Shown in pieces: positions 47,069 to 57,283 of a stretch of 64,000 bases of DNA (its first letter is position 1; every line of letters starts with the position of its first letter). The position numbers and the translations under genes are program-made. The notes beneath the pieces are model-generated. The model did not search any database. It was given only the letters and a program-made list of their open reading frames with translations, and was not told where the DNA came from. Location of the stretch: assembly GCA_964551035.1 (NCBI GenBank), contig CAZKBK010000009.1, positions 8,662-72,661 of the forward strand. Direction: 5' to 3'. Source of the DNA: an uncultured Roseivirgaceae bacterium. Its GTDB lineage: Bacteria > Bacteroidota > Bacteroidia > Cytophagales > Cyclobacteriaceae.

Positions 47069-49081
47069 TTAAGATTTTGTGAATCGAACGTTAAGGGTCA
47101 CAAAGAACGAGCGTCCATAGCCGACGGGTCTGCTGGAGCCCGAGCCGGTGTGCGTGGATGCCCCTGACGCGGAATTGTAGACCTGCGTGACATTGAAGAG
47201 ATTTCTGATCCCGGCGGAAAGTTCCAGGTGTTTCCCTAACGATTTCTGCGCCGTCAGGTCGGCCCAGTGATAGCCATCGGTCTCCACCAACACGATGTCT
47301 TCTCCGGCGGGATCAAGTTCGTACGCAGGTGTCTTTCCCGTGTACTTATAAAACAGCGATACGCTAAATGTTTCATCGACCTGATGCGTCACCGACGTGG
47401 TGATTTCCGGCGACCACGTAAATGCCGGAAGCGTTCCGTTCGCCTCGGTGAGCGAATTATACCGCCCGGTACAACCCAGGCCCGCGCGAAAGTCGGTGTT
47501 GCCGTTGCTGAGCACGGTGTTCAACGTCAGACCTTTGGAGCGGAATTCGTTTATGTTGACGTAGGTGGTCACATTGCTGCCGGGGCGCACGCCGTAGCCG
47601 ATCATATTATCGACATCATTGTAGAACGCCGAAATGACGCCGTTCAAGCGAAGGTTGTTGTCGGTTTCCACCAGCCGCGCATTCCACGATGCGTTAACGG
47701 TGTGAGAGCGTTCGGCTTCAAGATCCGGATTGCCTTCAATGGAGTGGCTGGCATCGAAGAAGTTGAAAAATAGTTCCCTTATCGACGGCGCCCTGAACCC
47801 GCGTCCGTATGAAACTCGGACATCATGGCGGTCATTGATCGTGATCTTTGTGTTCAGGGAAGGAATAACGGGAGGCGCTTCATACACGGAATTTCTGATG
47901 ACGCGAACGCCGGGTCGCAAGCTCAAGGCCCCCAACTTGAGGTCAGCCGAGAGAAACCCCGCATAATCCTGAATGCCATTCGTCCCCTCCTTCAACCGGG
48001 ACCCGCTTCCCGATTCCAGGTTGATGTCGTAGCCGGGCTGAATGCTCACGGCATCGGAGATTCGGTATTGCAGCGCTCCCCGAATGGTCATGCCTGTGAA
48101 TTCATCCGTGTTCTGCAACGCACTGTTGGCCAACGTTTCCCTGCCCGTTTGCCTGTCGACGGCAACGCTTTGGGTTCTGTTCCTGAAGCCGGTGTAGCTT
48201 AACGCGCTGTTAAAGCTGACCTTTTCCGAAAGACTCGTCGTCAACTGAACCTGGTGCATCAACCGCTGCGTGATGTAATTCTTGTCGATTGCCTCGTTGC
48301 CGGCGAATTGCGCGGGGTTGTAGATCTTCTCGTGCAGGTAGTCAGCCCGGTAATAGGCATGCCATCCGTTCTGTTGGTATCCCGCGACAGCGCTGGCCAT
48401 CCACTGCGCCTTGGGGTGCCATGTTTTCTCGCGCCCCGTGGAATCGCCTGTCCATCCGCGAAACGCGTTGTGACTGAGACTTCCCCGGAAGTAAAAAGCG
48501 TTGACCGCGGAAGCGAGGCTGACGCGCTGATTGTGGAGTCCCTTCGACAGTCCATACTCATTTCCTGCCGTCTCTTCCTGGAGAGTCGCCGATACCGCGA
48601 ATTTCTCCTCGACCGATTTTTTTGTGATGATGTTGATCACACCGGCCAGCGCATCGGCGCCGTAGATGACCGCCATGGGTCCCTCGACAATCTCGATCCG
48701 CTCGACGGCGTTTACGTTGAACTGGTTGAGGTTGACCTCGTTGCCGGTGCCCTGTTTCCCGATCACGGGAACGCCGTCGACGAGCACTTTCACGTTTTGA
48801 CCGGGCAGCCCCATCATGGTCAGGTTGGAACCGCCGAGTGCCGGATCCTGCGCGAACCGGATATTTAATTCAGTATTCAACGCATCCTGTAGCCTCGTCG
48901 CTCCCCGGGATTGCAACCGTTCCATCGGAATGGTGCGCACGTTGTACACCGACGCCCGTACCGACTGTGGCTCCACCTCTCCGGTCACGACCACCTCTCT
49001 GAGCTCGTAAAGTTTCAAAGAATCCTGCGCCGCCGTAAACAGCGACGTAAGAAGGAGGATTAAAGCCAGGATGACCTTCAT
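47069..49081 (-). CDS. TonB-dependent outer-membrane receptor (heme/hemoprotein type by context)
   Basis: Signal peptide MKVILALILLLTSLFTAAQD. Plug motifs: LREVVVTGE, IEIVEGPMAVIYGADALAGVINIITK. It has a long beta-barrel and the C-terminal strand FFVTLNVRF. The start lies 2 nt after the hmuS stop. Confidence 0.9.
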   Translation of the reverse strand: MKVILALILLLTSLFTAAQDSLKLYELREVVVTGEVEPQSVRASVYNVRTIPMERLQSRGATRLQDALNTELNIRFAQDPALGGSNLTMMGLPGQNVKVLVDGVPVIGKQGTGNEVNLNQFNVNAVERIEIVEGPMAVIYGADALAGVINIITKKSVEEKFAVSATLQEETAGNEYGLSKGLHNQRVSLASAVNAFYFRGSLSHNAFRGWTGDSTGREKTWHPKAQWMASAVAGYQQNGWHAYYRADYLHEKIYNPAQFAGNEAIDKNYITQRLMHQVQLTTSLSEKVSFNSALSYTGFRNRTQSVAVDRQTGRETLANSALQNTDEFTGMTIRGALQYRISDAVSIQPGYDINLESGSGSRLKEGTNGIQDYAGFLSADLKLGALSLRPGVRVIRNSVYEAPPVIPSLNTKITINDRHDVRVSYGRGFRAPSIRELFFNFFDASHSIEGNPDLEAERSHTVNASWNARLVETDNNLRLNGVISAFYNDVDNMIGYGVRPGSNVTTYVNINEFRSKGLTLNTVLSNGNTDFRAGLGCTGRYNSLTEANGTLPAFTWSPEITTSVTHQVDETFSVSLFYKYTGKTPAYELDPAGEDIVLVETDGYHWADLTAQKSLGKHLELSAGIRNLFNVTQVYNSASGASTHTGSGSSRPVGYGRSFFVTLNVRFTKS

Positions 49082-49082
49082 A

Positions 49083-50162
49083 TCAGATTGCCGGAAGTTC
49101 CTCGACAAGTTTTCGCCAGGGCTCGCGTTCGCTGATGCCGGGTTTACGGAGGCCGAAGAACTGAACGATCATGTTCTTGTCACGGTCAAACGCTTCAACG
49201 GCGGTGACAACGCCATCGGTGGTCGGCTTTTTCACCACCCATACCGTGTCGACGTGATCCTCCCGCAAGTGCATGTTGAAGTCCGGGTCGAGCACATTCA
49301 GCCACGCTTCCATGATCCGGATGGTCTGCACTTTGCCTTGATGGATCTGGATATTGCCGCGATTTCCGGCGAAGATCATGATGGGAAGCTTTTGCGCGGC
49401 GGCGGTATCCAAAAGCACACGCAACGCGCTCTTTTGAATTTCGTAGGTGAACGTCCCGCTGGCAATGCGCACGGCATCGAGGCGATTGACGTCGTGCTTC
49501 CTGATCATTCCGAAGAAATCATGGGTATCCTTCATCGCCGCCCAGTCGGTCAGCAGGGCGTCGCGATCGACCTGATCTATCGCTTTTGTTGTAGGGTCCG
49601 CGATCGGACTTACTTTGACCTGGGCAGACTGATCGTCCGAGGTAAAATCGTGCACAATGCGGTCAAAAGCGTCCTGGTCGCTTCCGGCTTTATGCTCCTG
49701 CGCGCCCTGCAGGTATACCTTGGTGATGGCCGTGCCGGAAGCATCAAAGAACTGGAGGCTTTGCTGCAGACCACGGGGAGTCTGCTGCTTCACGGCGAAG
49801 CCAAACTTCCACGGACGGAAAAATACCCTCGATTCAATGGGGCCAATCACTGTAGCCATGGCGTTGGGGAGCCCGCCCATGATGTCGATCTTCTGAAAGG
49901 GTCCCTTGTGCTCCAGAACGCAACTGTCATTTCGGGTGAGCGCCATCACGCGGCCCAACTCGGGCAGGCGGGCCAAAAGCTTCGTCCAATCGCCATCCAG
50001 GCGCACCGTGTATTCGTTTACGGTCGTGGCCAGCAATTCCGCTTCGCTGCAGCCGATCTCCGCAGCCGCGTCACGTATGCGGATGCCGGGTTTGGCTTTC
50101 TGAACGTCGAGCCACGCCTGCTTTAGCGTCGAAGGGGTATCCAGGGTAGTATTCATATCCAT
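49083..50162 (-). CDS. hmuS: Hemin-degrading/transport factor, HemS/ChuS/HmuS family
   Basis: Duplicated HemS/ChuX fold. The N-terminus is LKQAWLDVQKAKPGIRIRDAAAEIGCSEAELLAT. I prefer the ATG at 50162, 1 nt after the hmuV stop. The ORF also opens at TTG 50180. Confidence 0.85.
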   Translation of the reverse strand: MDMNTTLDTPSTLKQAWLDVQKAKPGIRIRDAAAEIGCSEAELLATTVNEYTVRLDGDWTKLLARLPELGRVMALTRNDSCVLEHKGPFQKIDIMGGLPNAMATVIGPIESRVFFRPWKFGFAVKQQTPRGLQQSLQFFDASGTAITKVYLQGAQEHKAGSDQDAFDRIVHDFTSDDQSAQVKVSPIADPTTKAIDQVDRDALLTDWAAMKDTHDFFGMIRKHDVNRLDAVRIASGTFTYEIQKSALRVLLDTAAAQKLPIMIFAGNRGNIQIHQGKVQTIRIMEAWLNVLDPDFNMHLREDHVDTVWVVKKPTTDGVVTAVEAFDRDKNMIVQFFGLRKPGISEREPWRKLVEELPAI

Positions 50163-50163
50163 G

Positions 50164-50973
50164 TTATTTGGTAATGGCAATTTGAGTCAAAGGATGTGAC
50201 GTTTCTTCGGGTATGATGAACGGACACCGGCTGCAGGGATCGTGATGAATGCTCACCTTACAACAAAACGTCTTTTCTATGTTGTCTTTCGTAAATACAT
50301 CGATGGCCGGACCCGAGCCCACCAGTTCCCCGTTGTTCATCATGCAGATACTGTCCGAAAATTGTGCGGCGAGATTCAGATCGTGAACGATCGCGAGTAC
50401 GCCAATATTCCTTGAACGGATGTGCTTCACGATGCGGAACATGGACTGTTGTTGTGCGATGTCCATGCTTGAAGTCGGTTCGTCGAGGAGGATGTACCGC
50501 GGGAAGACGGTTTCTTCCCACACCTGCGCCAACACCCGGGCAAGCTGGACACGCTGCTTTTCGCCACCCGAAAGGGTCAGGTAATTCCGGTCGGCAAAGA
50601 GACCCGTCCCGGTTACCTCGATTACTTCATCGATGATATTGAGGTTCTCTGCCCGCGTGGTGTGATGCGCCTGCCGGGAAAGGGCGATCACTTCCCTGGC
50701 GGTGAAAGCAAACTGGAGGCCTGACTGCTGCGCCATCACGGCCCGGATACGCGACAGTTCACGGGCGTTGTACTTGCCGGCGGGTTTGCCATTTATACGG
50801 ACGGCGCCTGAATAGACCCTTTGCTCGTTGCTCATGATTTTCAGGAGCGAGCTTTTACCTGCCCCATTCGGGCCGACCACCGCGGTGAGCTGTCCCGGTT
50901 TGACCGCGAGGTTGATCTTTCGAATGATCTGTTTCGTTCCGACGCTATGCGATATGTCGACGGCTTCGTACAT
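50164..50973 (-). CDS. hmuV: Heme/iron-siderophore ABC transporter ATP-binding protein
   Basis: Walker A GPNGAGKSSLLK, signature LSGGEKQRVQLARVL, Walker B ILLDEPTSSMD, H-loop IVHDLNLA. Confidence 0.9.
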   Translation of the reverse strand: MYEAVDISHSVGTKQIIRKINLAVKPGQLTAVVGPNGAGKSSLLKIMSNEQRVYSGAVRINGKPAGKYNARELSRIRAVMAQQSGLQFAFTAREVIALSRQAHHTTRAENLNIIDEVIEVTGTGLFADRNYLTLSGGEKQRVQLARVLAQVWEETVFPRYILLDEPTSSMDIAQQQSMFRIVKHIRSRNIGVLAIVHDLNLAAQFSDSICMMNNGELVGSGPAIDVFTKDNIEKTFCCKVSIHHDPCSRCPFIIPEETSHPLTQIAITK

Positions 50974-52043
50974 CAGATCTCATGCTTTTGTTTAGCCTTC
51001 AGCAACAGGGCGATAAAAAACGGCGCACCAATAAGGGCCGTGACCACGCCGATGGGCATTTCCGCCGGGCTCACCATGGTGCGCGCGATCAGGTCGGCGA
51101 TCAGCAGCAGAAGCGCGCCGCCCAGCGCCGAAGCCGGAAGCACCAGGCTGTTGTCGGCGTGGAACATCGTCCGGATCACGTGGGGAACGATAAGGCCGAT
51201 GAAACCAATGATCCCTGCCAGGGAGACGCTTACGCCCACGGCAAGCGCAGAAAGGAGGACCATCACCCGCTTGACGCGCTCGACGTTTACACCCAGGTGG
51301 TAGGCGTCGGATTCGCCCAACGACAACGCATTCAGGGGCCGGGCAAACAGCAGCAAGGCACAAGTCGACAATAGCAGTACGGGTGCGGAAAGGCTAAGCT
51401 TCTCCCAGGTGGCTCCGCCCAGATCCCCCAGCGTCCAGAACATGAAGGTGCTGAGCTGGTTTTCGTCCGCGTAAAAAATGGCCAGGCCGATTAGCGCCCC
51501 GGTAAGGGCATTGACCGCCACGCCGATCAGCACCAGCATGGCGATGTGGGTGCGGCCGGCGCTCATGCTCAAACGAAGGACGAGAAAGGTGGCAATGCTG
51601 CCTCCCGCGAACGCGAACAGGGAGATAAAAGAATTTGAAATCCATAGTGGCAGGGACGAAAGCAAGGTCGCTCCAAAAACGATTGCCAGAACGACCGCCG
51701 CGGCTGCACCGCCGGAGACGCCGATCAGGCTGGGCTCGACCAACGGGTTCCGGAATAATCCCTGAAGGGATGCTCCGCCGATTCCCAACGCCGAACCGAT
51801 TAACAACGTCATGACTACACGGGGCGCGCGTATCGTCGTCAACACCGCCGCGTGTGTTTCGTCGACGGCGGCGCCACTGAACATGCCGATCTGCTTAAGC
51901 ACGATGACAATGGCATCCGGAATGGGTATGTGAACGGCCCCGACCGTGAGCGAGACTACGGCGGTCAATACCAGCAGGCCCCCCATGCCGAGTAGGATCA
52001 GTGCGTTTCGGTAGCTTCGTACGGGTAACGCGAGCGCCAACAT
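50973..52043 (-). CDS. hmuU: FecCD-family heme/iron ABC permease
   Basis: 356 aa, ~9-10 TM helices, FecCD signatures (RAPRVVMTLLIGSALGIGGASLQGLFRNPLVEPSLIGVSGGA; C-terminal IGVVTALIGAPFFIALLLK). Confidence 0.9.
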   Translation of the reverse strand: MLALALPVRSYRNALILLGMGGLLVLTAVVSLTVGAVHIPIPDAIVIVLKQIGMFSGAAVDETHAAVLTTIRAPRVVMTLLIGSALGIGGASLQGLFRNPLVEPSLIGVSGGAAAAVVLAIVFGATLLSSLPLWISNSFISLFAFAGGSIATFLVLRLSMSAGRTHIAMLVLIGVAVNALTGALIGLAIFYADENQLSTFMFWTLGDLGGATWEKLSLSAPVLLLSTCALLLFARPLNALSLGESDAYHLGVNVERVKRVMVLLSALAVGVSVSLAGIIGFIGLIVPHVIRTMFHADNSLVLPASALGGALLLLIADLIARTMVSPAEMPIGVVTALIGAPFFIALLLKAKQKHEI

Positions 52044-52044
52044 T

Positions 52045-52899
52045 TTACCTGCCTGCTATTTTATCCGCCAACTCGGGATGGAGCTGCACCGCCAGCTCTT
52101 TTACCGCTTCGCCAAAACGGGGCCCGAAATTGGTGAGCTTCAAACTCTCCATGGCAATGATTTGTTTCTTCTTCCCCGCGGTAGTGAGCGACATGCCGGG
52201 AAGCTTTAACGCGCCGGCTATGCCACCGAGGCTTTCAAACCCGGTCGAGACCATGAGCACATAATCGGGGTTGGCGCTGATGAGCGCCTCGGCATTCAAC
52301 GGCTTGTAGGCCGTGATCCCGATGAAGGCATTTTGCGCGCCAGCGTAGGCGAGTATTTCCGCGAAGCTGTTCTTTCCTCCCGCGCTGACAGTGGCTGTGC
52401 CGCGGTTGTAGATGCAGGCCACGGTGGGCGCGATGGTCTTGCCCTCGAGCAGCCCGCGTACATCGGCAAGCGCTTGTTCAATGTTGGCGATAAGGGAGTC
52501 TCCCTCCTTTCGACGATTCAACGGAGTAGCTATCTGCCGGATGAGCGCCTTCGTGCCCTCAAAGTTCAGTGTGCGGTCGATCACGAGCACCTCTACCGAG
52601 GTCCCGGACAACTGCTCCAGGACAACCTGATCGACGTAATCCTTTTCGGCGATAACCAGCGTGGGCCTTAGACTGAGAATGCCCTCTGCATTGATTCCAC
52701 TCCTGTAGCCAATGGAAGGAAGATCCTGAACTTCCGCCGGGTAAAGACTGGTGCGGTCGGTGCCAACGAGTTTGTCACAATCGCCCAGCGCACAAACCGT
52801 TTCCGTGATGGCGCTGCCGGCAGTGACGATGCGCATTTCATGCTGCCCGGCGCAAACGCCGGCGATGGCGATAAAGGCTAACGTTAATAACTTTCTCAT
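52045..52899 (-). CDS. hmuT: Heme ABC transporter periplasmic substrate-binding protein (cluster A-2 PBP)
   Basis: Signal peptide MRKLLTLAFIAIAGVCAG. It also has RIVTAGSAITETVCALG, PTLVIAEKD and the two-lobe PBP layout. It is the first gene of the operon. Confidence 0.9.
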   Translation of the reverse strand: MRKLLTLAFIAIAGVCAGQHEMRIVTAGSAITETVCALGDCDKLVGTDRTSLYPAEVQDLPSIGYRSGINAEGILSLRPTLVIAEKDYVDQVVLEQLSGTSVEVLVIDRTLNFEGTKALIRQIATPLNRRKEGDSLIANIEQALADVRGLLEGKTIAPTVACIYNRGTATVSAGGKNSFAEILAYAGAQNAFIGITAYKPLNAEALISANPDYVLMVSTGFESLGGIAGALKLPGMSLTTAGKKKQIIAMESLKLTNFGPRFGEAVKELAVQLHPELADKIAGR

Positions 52900-52948
52900 T
52901 TAGAACGTTTTGTCGGACGGGGAGACCTTCAATTCGGCTAATTTTTAT

Positions 52949-52967
52949 ATTTAGATTTGGTCTAAAT
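52949..52967. promoter_or_regulatory. Palindrome ATTTAGA-tttgg-TCTAAAT upstream of the heme operon (candidate repressor operator, copy 1)
   Basis: Perfect 7-5-7 inverted repeat, 50 nt upstream of the hmuT start (52899). Confidence 0.45.
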
Positions 52968-53007
52968 AAAGTGCAAGCTTAAGCAGTTCGGACTATTCCC
53001 GCAAGCT

Positions 53008-53026
53008 ATTTAGATCAATTCTAAAG
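53008..53026. promoter_or_regulatory. Palindrome (A)TTTAGA-tcaat-TCTAAA(G) (candidate operator, copy 2)
   Basis: Same TTTAGA-N5-TCTAAA core as copy 1, 59 bp further upstream. Confidence 0.45.
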
Positions 53027-53252
53027 AATTGCCGTCCCGGATGCCCTCCGGCATCGGCAAGCACATTGCAAACATGGGGAATGAAACTTCTGGGGCGGCG
53101 GAGTACCAGCCAGGTCCCACCCTATGGTTGATAGGGAGGCTTGGGCCAGCGGCGCAGCACCCCGTCTGGAATGGGTCGTGGGGGATGAAAAGAATCGGCG
53201 CTCATCGAAAAAGAAAAATCTCGTCAGGCGATCGCCGGATGGCTTGCTCAGG

Positions 53253-53651
53253 CTATGGGACTGCCGAAGTATTTATCTCAATCGGATTGGTCAGGATCTT
53301 ATGAACCGGACATGCATTGGCCACCGCAAGCAACCTCTTGCGTTGATCCGCGTCCAGGTTGCCAATAAATTGGATCGTCCGATTGATGACGGTCTTGTTG
53401 GCGTCGTCATCCCGCTCAAGATCGATATCAATTTTTACTTCATCGAGGGCCCATTGCTTGCGGTCGGCGTACATGCGGACCGTAGCGCTGGTACAGGCCG
53501 CCAGTGCAGCAGCGAGCAACTCCTTCGGTGAAAACCCTGAATCCTTGCCGCCCTTGTCGACCGGCTCATCCGCCATGACCACGTTGCCCGTGGGCGACTT
53601 GATCTCGATCTTGTAGGGCTCCTGCTTAATACTTGATGATACGTTCGCCAT
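53253..53651 (-). CDS. OsmC/Ohr-family peroxiredoxin-like protein
   Basis: 132 aa with GFSPKELLAAALAACTSATVRMYA and LLAVANACPVHKIL, the two conserved Cys contexts of OsmC. Confidence 0.9.
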   Translation of the reverse strand: MANVSSSIKQEPYKIEIKSPTGNVVMADEPVDKGGKDSGFSPKELLAAALAACTSATVRMYADRKQWALDEVKIDIDLERDDDANKTVINRTIQFIGNLDADQRKRLLAVANACPVHKILTNPIEINTSAVP

Positions 53652-53899
53652 AACGATTTCAATTTATCCACTTTTTTGACATTGACGGTGCCTGGGAGCG
53701 AGAATTGGGCCACAAAGGCACAAAGAATGTCATGGCAGCCTGGACTGCCAGACCGGGGCATTGGGAGGCAAGAAGGCACAAGGCATGGCCCCGATACTTC
53801 GGGGACCGTTCACTGCGTAGCGAAAGGTTGTTGTCTTCGTCGCACCGGAGAAGTATGACCTCCCGGTGGGGCGCGCGGAACATGGTCAACAGTTTGTGA

Positions 53900-55099
53900 T
53901 TATTCCCACAACTGGTAAACATTGAGGAATACGTCGTCAGCGTCTTCAGTCGTCATGTCGACAATTGACAGCGCTACGAACGAGCTGATGGCCACTTCGT
54001 CCAACGTATACGTGATGCTTCCCTGGGTGAGATCGATCGTCGAACAAAAATCGGTTGCCGACGCAAACGGCTTGTTCCCGAAGAGGTTGACATTTTTTCC
54101 CATGGAGGTATGGATCGGTTCCTCCAGGAATAATTCAACGATTTTGAGACCCAGCGGAAACCCGCCTTCGGTGGTCGCGCTTTTATCAACATACCCGTAA
54201 AGTACGCGATAACCTTCCGGGATGTCCACGCGCGCATAGAGCCTGCACCGGTTCTCCTCATCCGGCAGATATACGGTCACATCGTGATTAAGATGGAATG
54301 CCGTGAAACCCTCCAGCGACTCCGGGATGAACTCGAAACTGAGGGACGTTGAGCCGGTCAGTTCATCCTTGAGAAAATGTTGCTCGTGGGAAATGTATCC
54401 ATCCTTGACGGCCGTAAATGTGTACCGGGCGTGGTAGGCGGGAATACACACGTTGCCCTGCGCCGGAAGGGTCACCTCATCGGACCACTCCACGTTTCCC
54501 GATAACCCTTTTGCCGTAATCTGAAGGGTGTAACTGCCGGGATCCTGGTGGGCAAGCTCTGCCAGCGTGGCGCTGACCTCCAGGGAGAATCGCGCGGGCA
54601 TGGCAAACCCAAACGTCTCATAGCCAAAATCGGACGCGGTATGGCATTCGGTCGGAAGCACTTCAGCGACGGCATCGGTCGTATTCCCCACCGTTATTTG
54701 AAAAGGCATTGAAAGGGGATGCTGTACCTGATCGGACATCGAAGAACCATTCAACGGCGACGCGTAAATGAGTTCTTCGACCGAATTCAGCACAAAGAAT
54801 TGCGCCAACGCATAGTCGCCTCCCGGGAGTTCAAGGGGCTGCATGAATAGTCCGGTTTCGGCGTCGTAGTACAGGTGCACCTTATCCGACAGGGTGCAGC
54901 CATCCGGCGTCCGGATGGTATAGCTAAAGAATGCCGCATCGTTGAGTCCTCCTTCCGGAAGCGGATCGGAGGCTTCAAAAGAAAACCGGACGTATCCGGT
55001 GCCGGCAATGGGTGGCTCGCTTTCATCGTTGCAGGTACTCAGCGAAAAAATGGCGGCCAGCGCAATAACCGCGCTTGTAAAAAATCTGAAAATGTACAT
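53900..55099 (-). CDS. Hypothetical lipoprotein
   Basis: Start at the ATG at 55099 (MYIFRFFTSAVIALAAIFSLSTCNDE, lipobox). It is beta-rich and I do not recognise a family. Confidence 0.6.
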   Translation of the reverse strand: MYIFRFFTSAVIALAAIFSLSTCNDESEPPIAGTGYVRFSFEASDPLPEGGLNDAAFFSYTIRTPDGCTLSDKVHLYYDAETGLFMQPLELPGGDYALAQFFVLNSVEELIYASPLNGSSMSDQVQHPLSMPFQITVGNTTDAVAEVLPTECHTASDFGYETFGFAMPARFSLEVSATLAELAHQDPGSYTLQITAKGLSGNVEWSDEVTLPAQGNVCIPAYHARYTFTAVKDGYISHEQHFLKDELTGSTSLSFEFIPESLEGFTAFHLNHDVTVYLPDEENRCRLYARVDIPEGYRVLYGYVDKSATTEGGFPLGLKIVELFLEEPIHTSMGKNVNLFGNKPFASATDFCSTIDLTQGSITYTLDEVAISSFVALSIVDMTTEDADDVFLNVYQLWE

Positions 55100-55328
55100 G
55101 GAATTGGTTCGGTAAAATGATTTCACGCGATGGAGGATTTGTGTTTCAGTTGGGTTACGGGCTGGATGCGGCTAAGTTGCCAAAGAAGACCCCTGACCCG
55201 CTGATAAGCGGTGTATATGAGGTGGACAAGGGCAGTCGAGGGGTCGGCGTGTGCTTTTAAAGTCGACAACGGGATCGTTACACGTTCCCTGGGATCGCGA
55301 AACGCACATGGTGCTGGGGGCTGGTCAA

Positions 55329-56237
55329 CTACGACAGCGGCTCCGGCGGGGGGCTGGGCCTTGATTGGTCTTGCGGCAGGGGAACAAATTCCTGGCTGTC
55401 GTTGGGCGGCAGGATGATCCTGCCCTCCTTCCAGTCGGCTTTTGCCTGTTCTATTCTTTCCACCCTGCTCGAGACAAAGTTCCACCAGATAAAACGGTCA
55501 CCCAATGGTTCACCGCCGAGCAGCATGACCGTGGATGGCACCACCGCCCGCACCTGCGGTTGCGAATTTTTCTTAAACACAAGCATCTGGCCCGCATCAT
55601 AGCGTCGCCCGGCGAATTCCAGACTTCCCTTTGCCACATAGACGGCGCGTTCTTCATGCTCTGTGGGCAAGGTCAGTTTTGCCCCCGGGTGGAGGGCTGC
55701 GTGTAAATAGAACAGGGGCGAGTGCGTCCGCACCGCGTTCCTGAGGCCGAAGGCGCTGCCGGCGATCAGCCGCATCCAAACCCCTTTGTCCGTGAACACG
55801 GGAAGCTGGTCGGTTTTATAGTTGACAAAGGATGGGTCGGATTCCTCATCTTTCTCGGGTAGCGCCACCCACGTCTGGATCATTTCAAAACCTCCCGCCG
55901 CCCAAAGGTTCGGATCTTCAAAGCGTTCCGAGTGGGCAATGCCCTTGCCAGCGGTCATCCAGTTCACTTCCCCAGGCTGAATGACCTGCTCAACGCCCAG
56001 GCTATCCCGATGGGTTATTTTGCCGTCAAAAAGGTAACTCACGGTAGACAATCCAATGTGTGGATGCGGCAATACGTCGATGGATTTCGCCACGGCCGGT
56101 TTTGAGGTTACAGGCCCGCCGTGGTCCATAAAAATAAATGGGCCCACCATCCTACGCAGCCGGAACGGGAGTATTCTCTTAACCTCCATGCCGGGAGCAA
56201 TGGACGCCTTCCTCGCTTCAATGGTTATTTCCAACAT
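55329..56237 (-). CDS. Pirin-family bicupin protein (second paralog)
   Basis: MVGPFIFMDHGGP and LPHPHIGLSTVSYLFDGKITHRDSLG, plus a C-terminal cupin. It ends in a proline-rich tail (SRPSPPPEPLS). Confidence 0.9.
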   Translation of the reverse strand: MLEITIEARKASIAPGMEVKRILPFRLRRMVGPFIFMDHGGPVTSKPAVAKSIDVLPHPHIGLSTVSYLFDGKITHRDSLGVEQVIQPGEVNWMTAGKGIAHSERFEDPNLWAAGGFEMIQTWVALPEKDEESDPSFVNYKTDQLPVFTDKGVWMRLIAGSAFGLRNAVRTHSPLFYLHAALHPGAKLTLPTEHEERAVYVAKGSLEFAGRRYDAGQMLVFKKNSQPQVRAVVPSTVMLLGGEPLGDRFIWWNFVSSRVERIEQAKADWKEGRIILPPNDSQEFVPLPQDQSRPSPPPEPLS

Positions 56238-56522
56238 GCCCGCATCGATTTACTTGACAAGATATGCCATTCCATCGTGCGTCCCGTTCAGTGTTGTCTT
56301 AATATTTCCATGTCATGACGCTATTGCCTGTTGATAGGGGTCGAAGTTATCCTAGCGAGTGGAAAGTTATTTCGTGCAATCGCCCGGCGGTTTACAACCG
56401 CAGCCTGGAGAAGAAATCGCGCGGCATAAACCGTCAACATTATGATAAGATTGTTACTTTGGAGGACGCACAGGAAGGGATGGCGTATGGGAATGGGAGA
56501 TCCGCTTTGCGCTTGACCAGAC

Positions 56523-57029
56523 TTATCCCTTCATTCGCGTGTAGCGGATGCGCCAGTTCAGCTTCCAGGTCTCTCCTCCATCTTCAGAGGACTCCCAGTC
56601 CCAGCTAAACGAACCGGACGTGATGTCGTAAAAGACCATGCGGCGCACAATGGTCTTGCCGTCCCGTTCTTCGGGCAGGGTCTGAAAGATCCGTCTTTCA
56701 CCCTGCCGGTCGCCGATCAGATTTATGTAAGCCCCCTGATTATCGACATAGCCCTGATGCCACACTTTCGTTCTCGGATTGTAAACGGAAATGCTGGTGC
56801 CAAGATAGCCCTTCGAGGAGCCCTCCGCTACCTCGAAGTTCTCCTGGATAACGGAGTTGCCGAGGATTTTCACGACCCTGTTCTTTCCCCTTCCCACCTT
56901 TCCACCCTGCTCATCCCAGGAAACCTCCCAATCTCCCACCCAGAAATCGAACCAGGTGGGTTCGTCCTGCGCATGGCAGGTTGCCATTGGAAGCACAATA
57001 AAGAAAAGCAGGTGCAGCGCGCGGTTCAT
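56523..57029 (-). CDS. Hypothetical secreted protein (lipocalin/DUF1579-like beta-barrel)
   Basis: Signal peptide MNRALHLLFFIVLPMATCHAQ, followed by FWVGDWEVSWDEQGG and WHQGYVDNQG. The family call is tentative. Confidence 0.55.
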   Translation of the reverse strand: MNRALHLLFFIVLPMATCHAQDEPTWFDFWVGDWEVSWDEQGGKVGRGKNRVVKILGNSVIQENFEVAEGSSKGYLGTSISVYNPRTKVWHQGYVDNQGAYINLIGDRQGERRIFQTLPEERDGKTIVRRMVFYDITSGSFSWDWESSEDGGETWKLNWRIRYTRMKG

Positions 57030-57283
57030 AAGTTGAAGGGTTTATGTGTTTCAAGGTAACAAACCAATGGTGATTTTAACATCCCGCGGGATGAGGGAGG
57101 CAGGCTTGTCACTTCCTGTGCCCGGAAGGCCCTGTGGAAATTCTATCGATTTTCCGTACTTTACTTTGAATAACAAAGTACTTTTAAATATATTGGCGAA
57201 GCAAAGGAACAAGCCACCGAACGTCGTCCCACTTACAGACCGCATTCGGCCAGACGAAACATAAGCAACACTGACGCAGAAAC

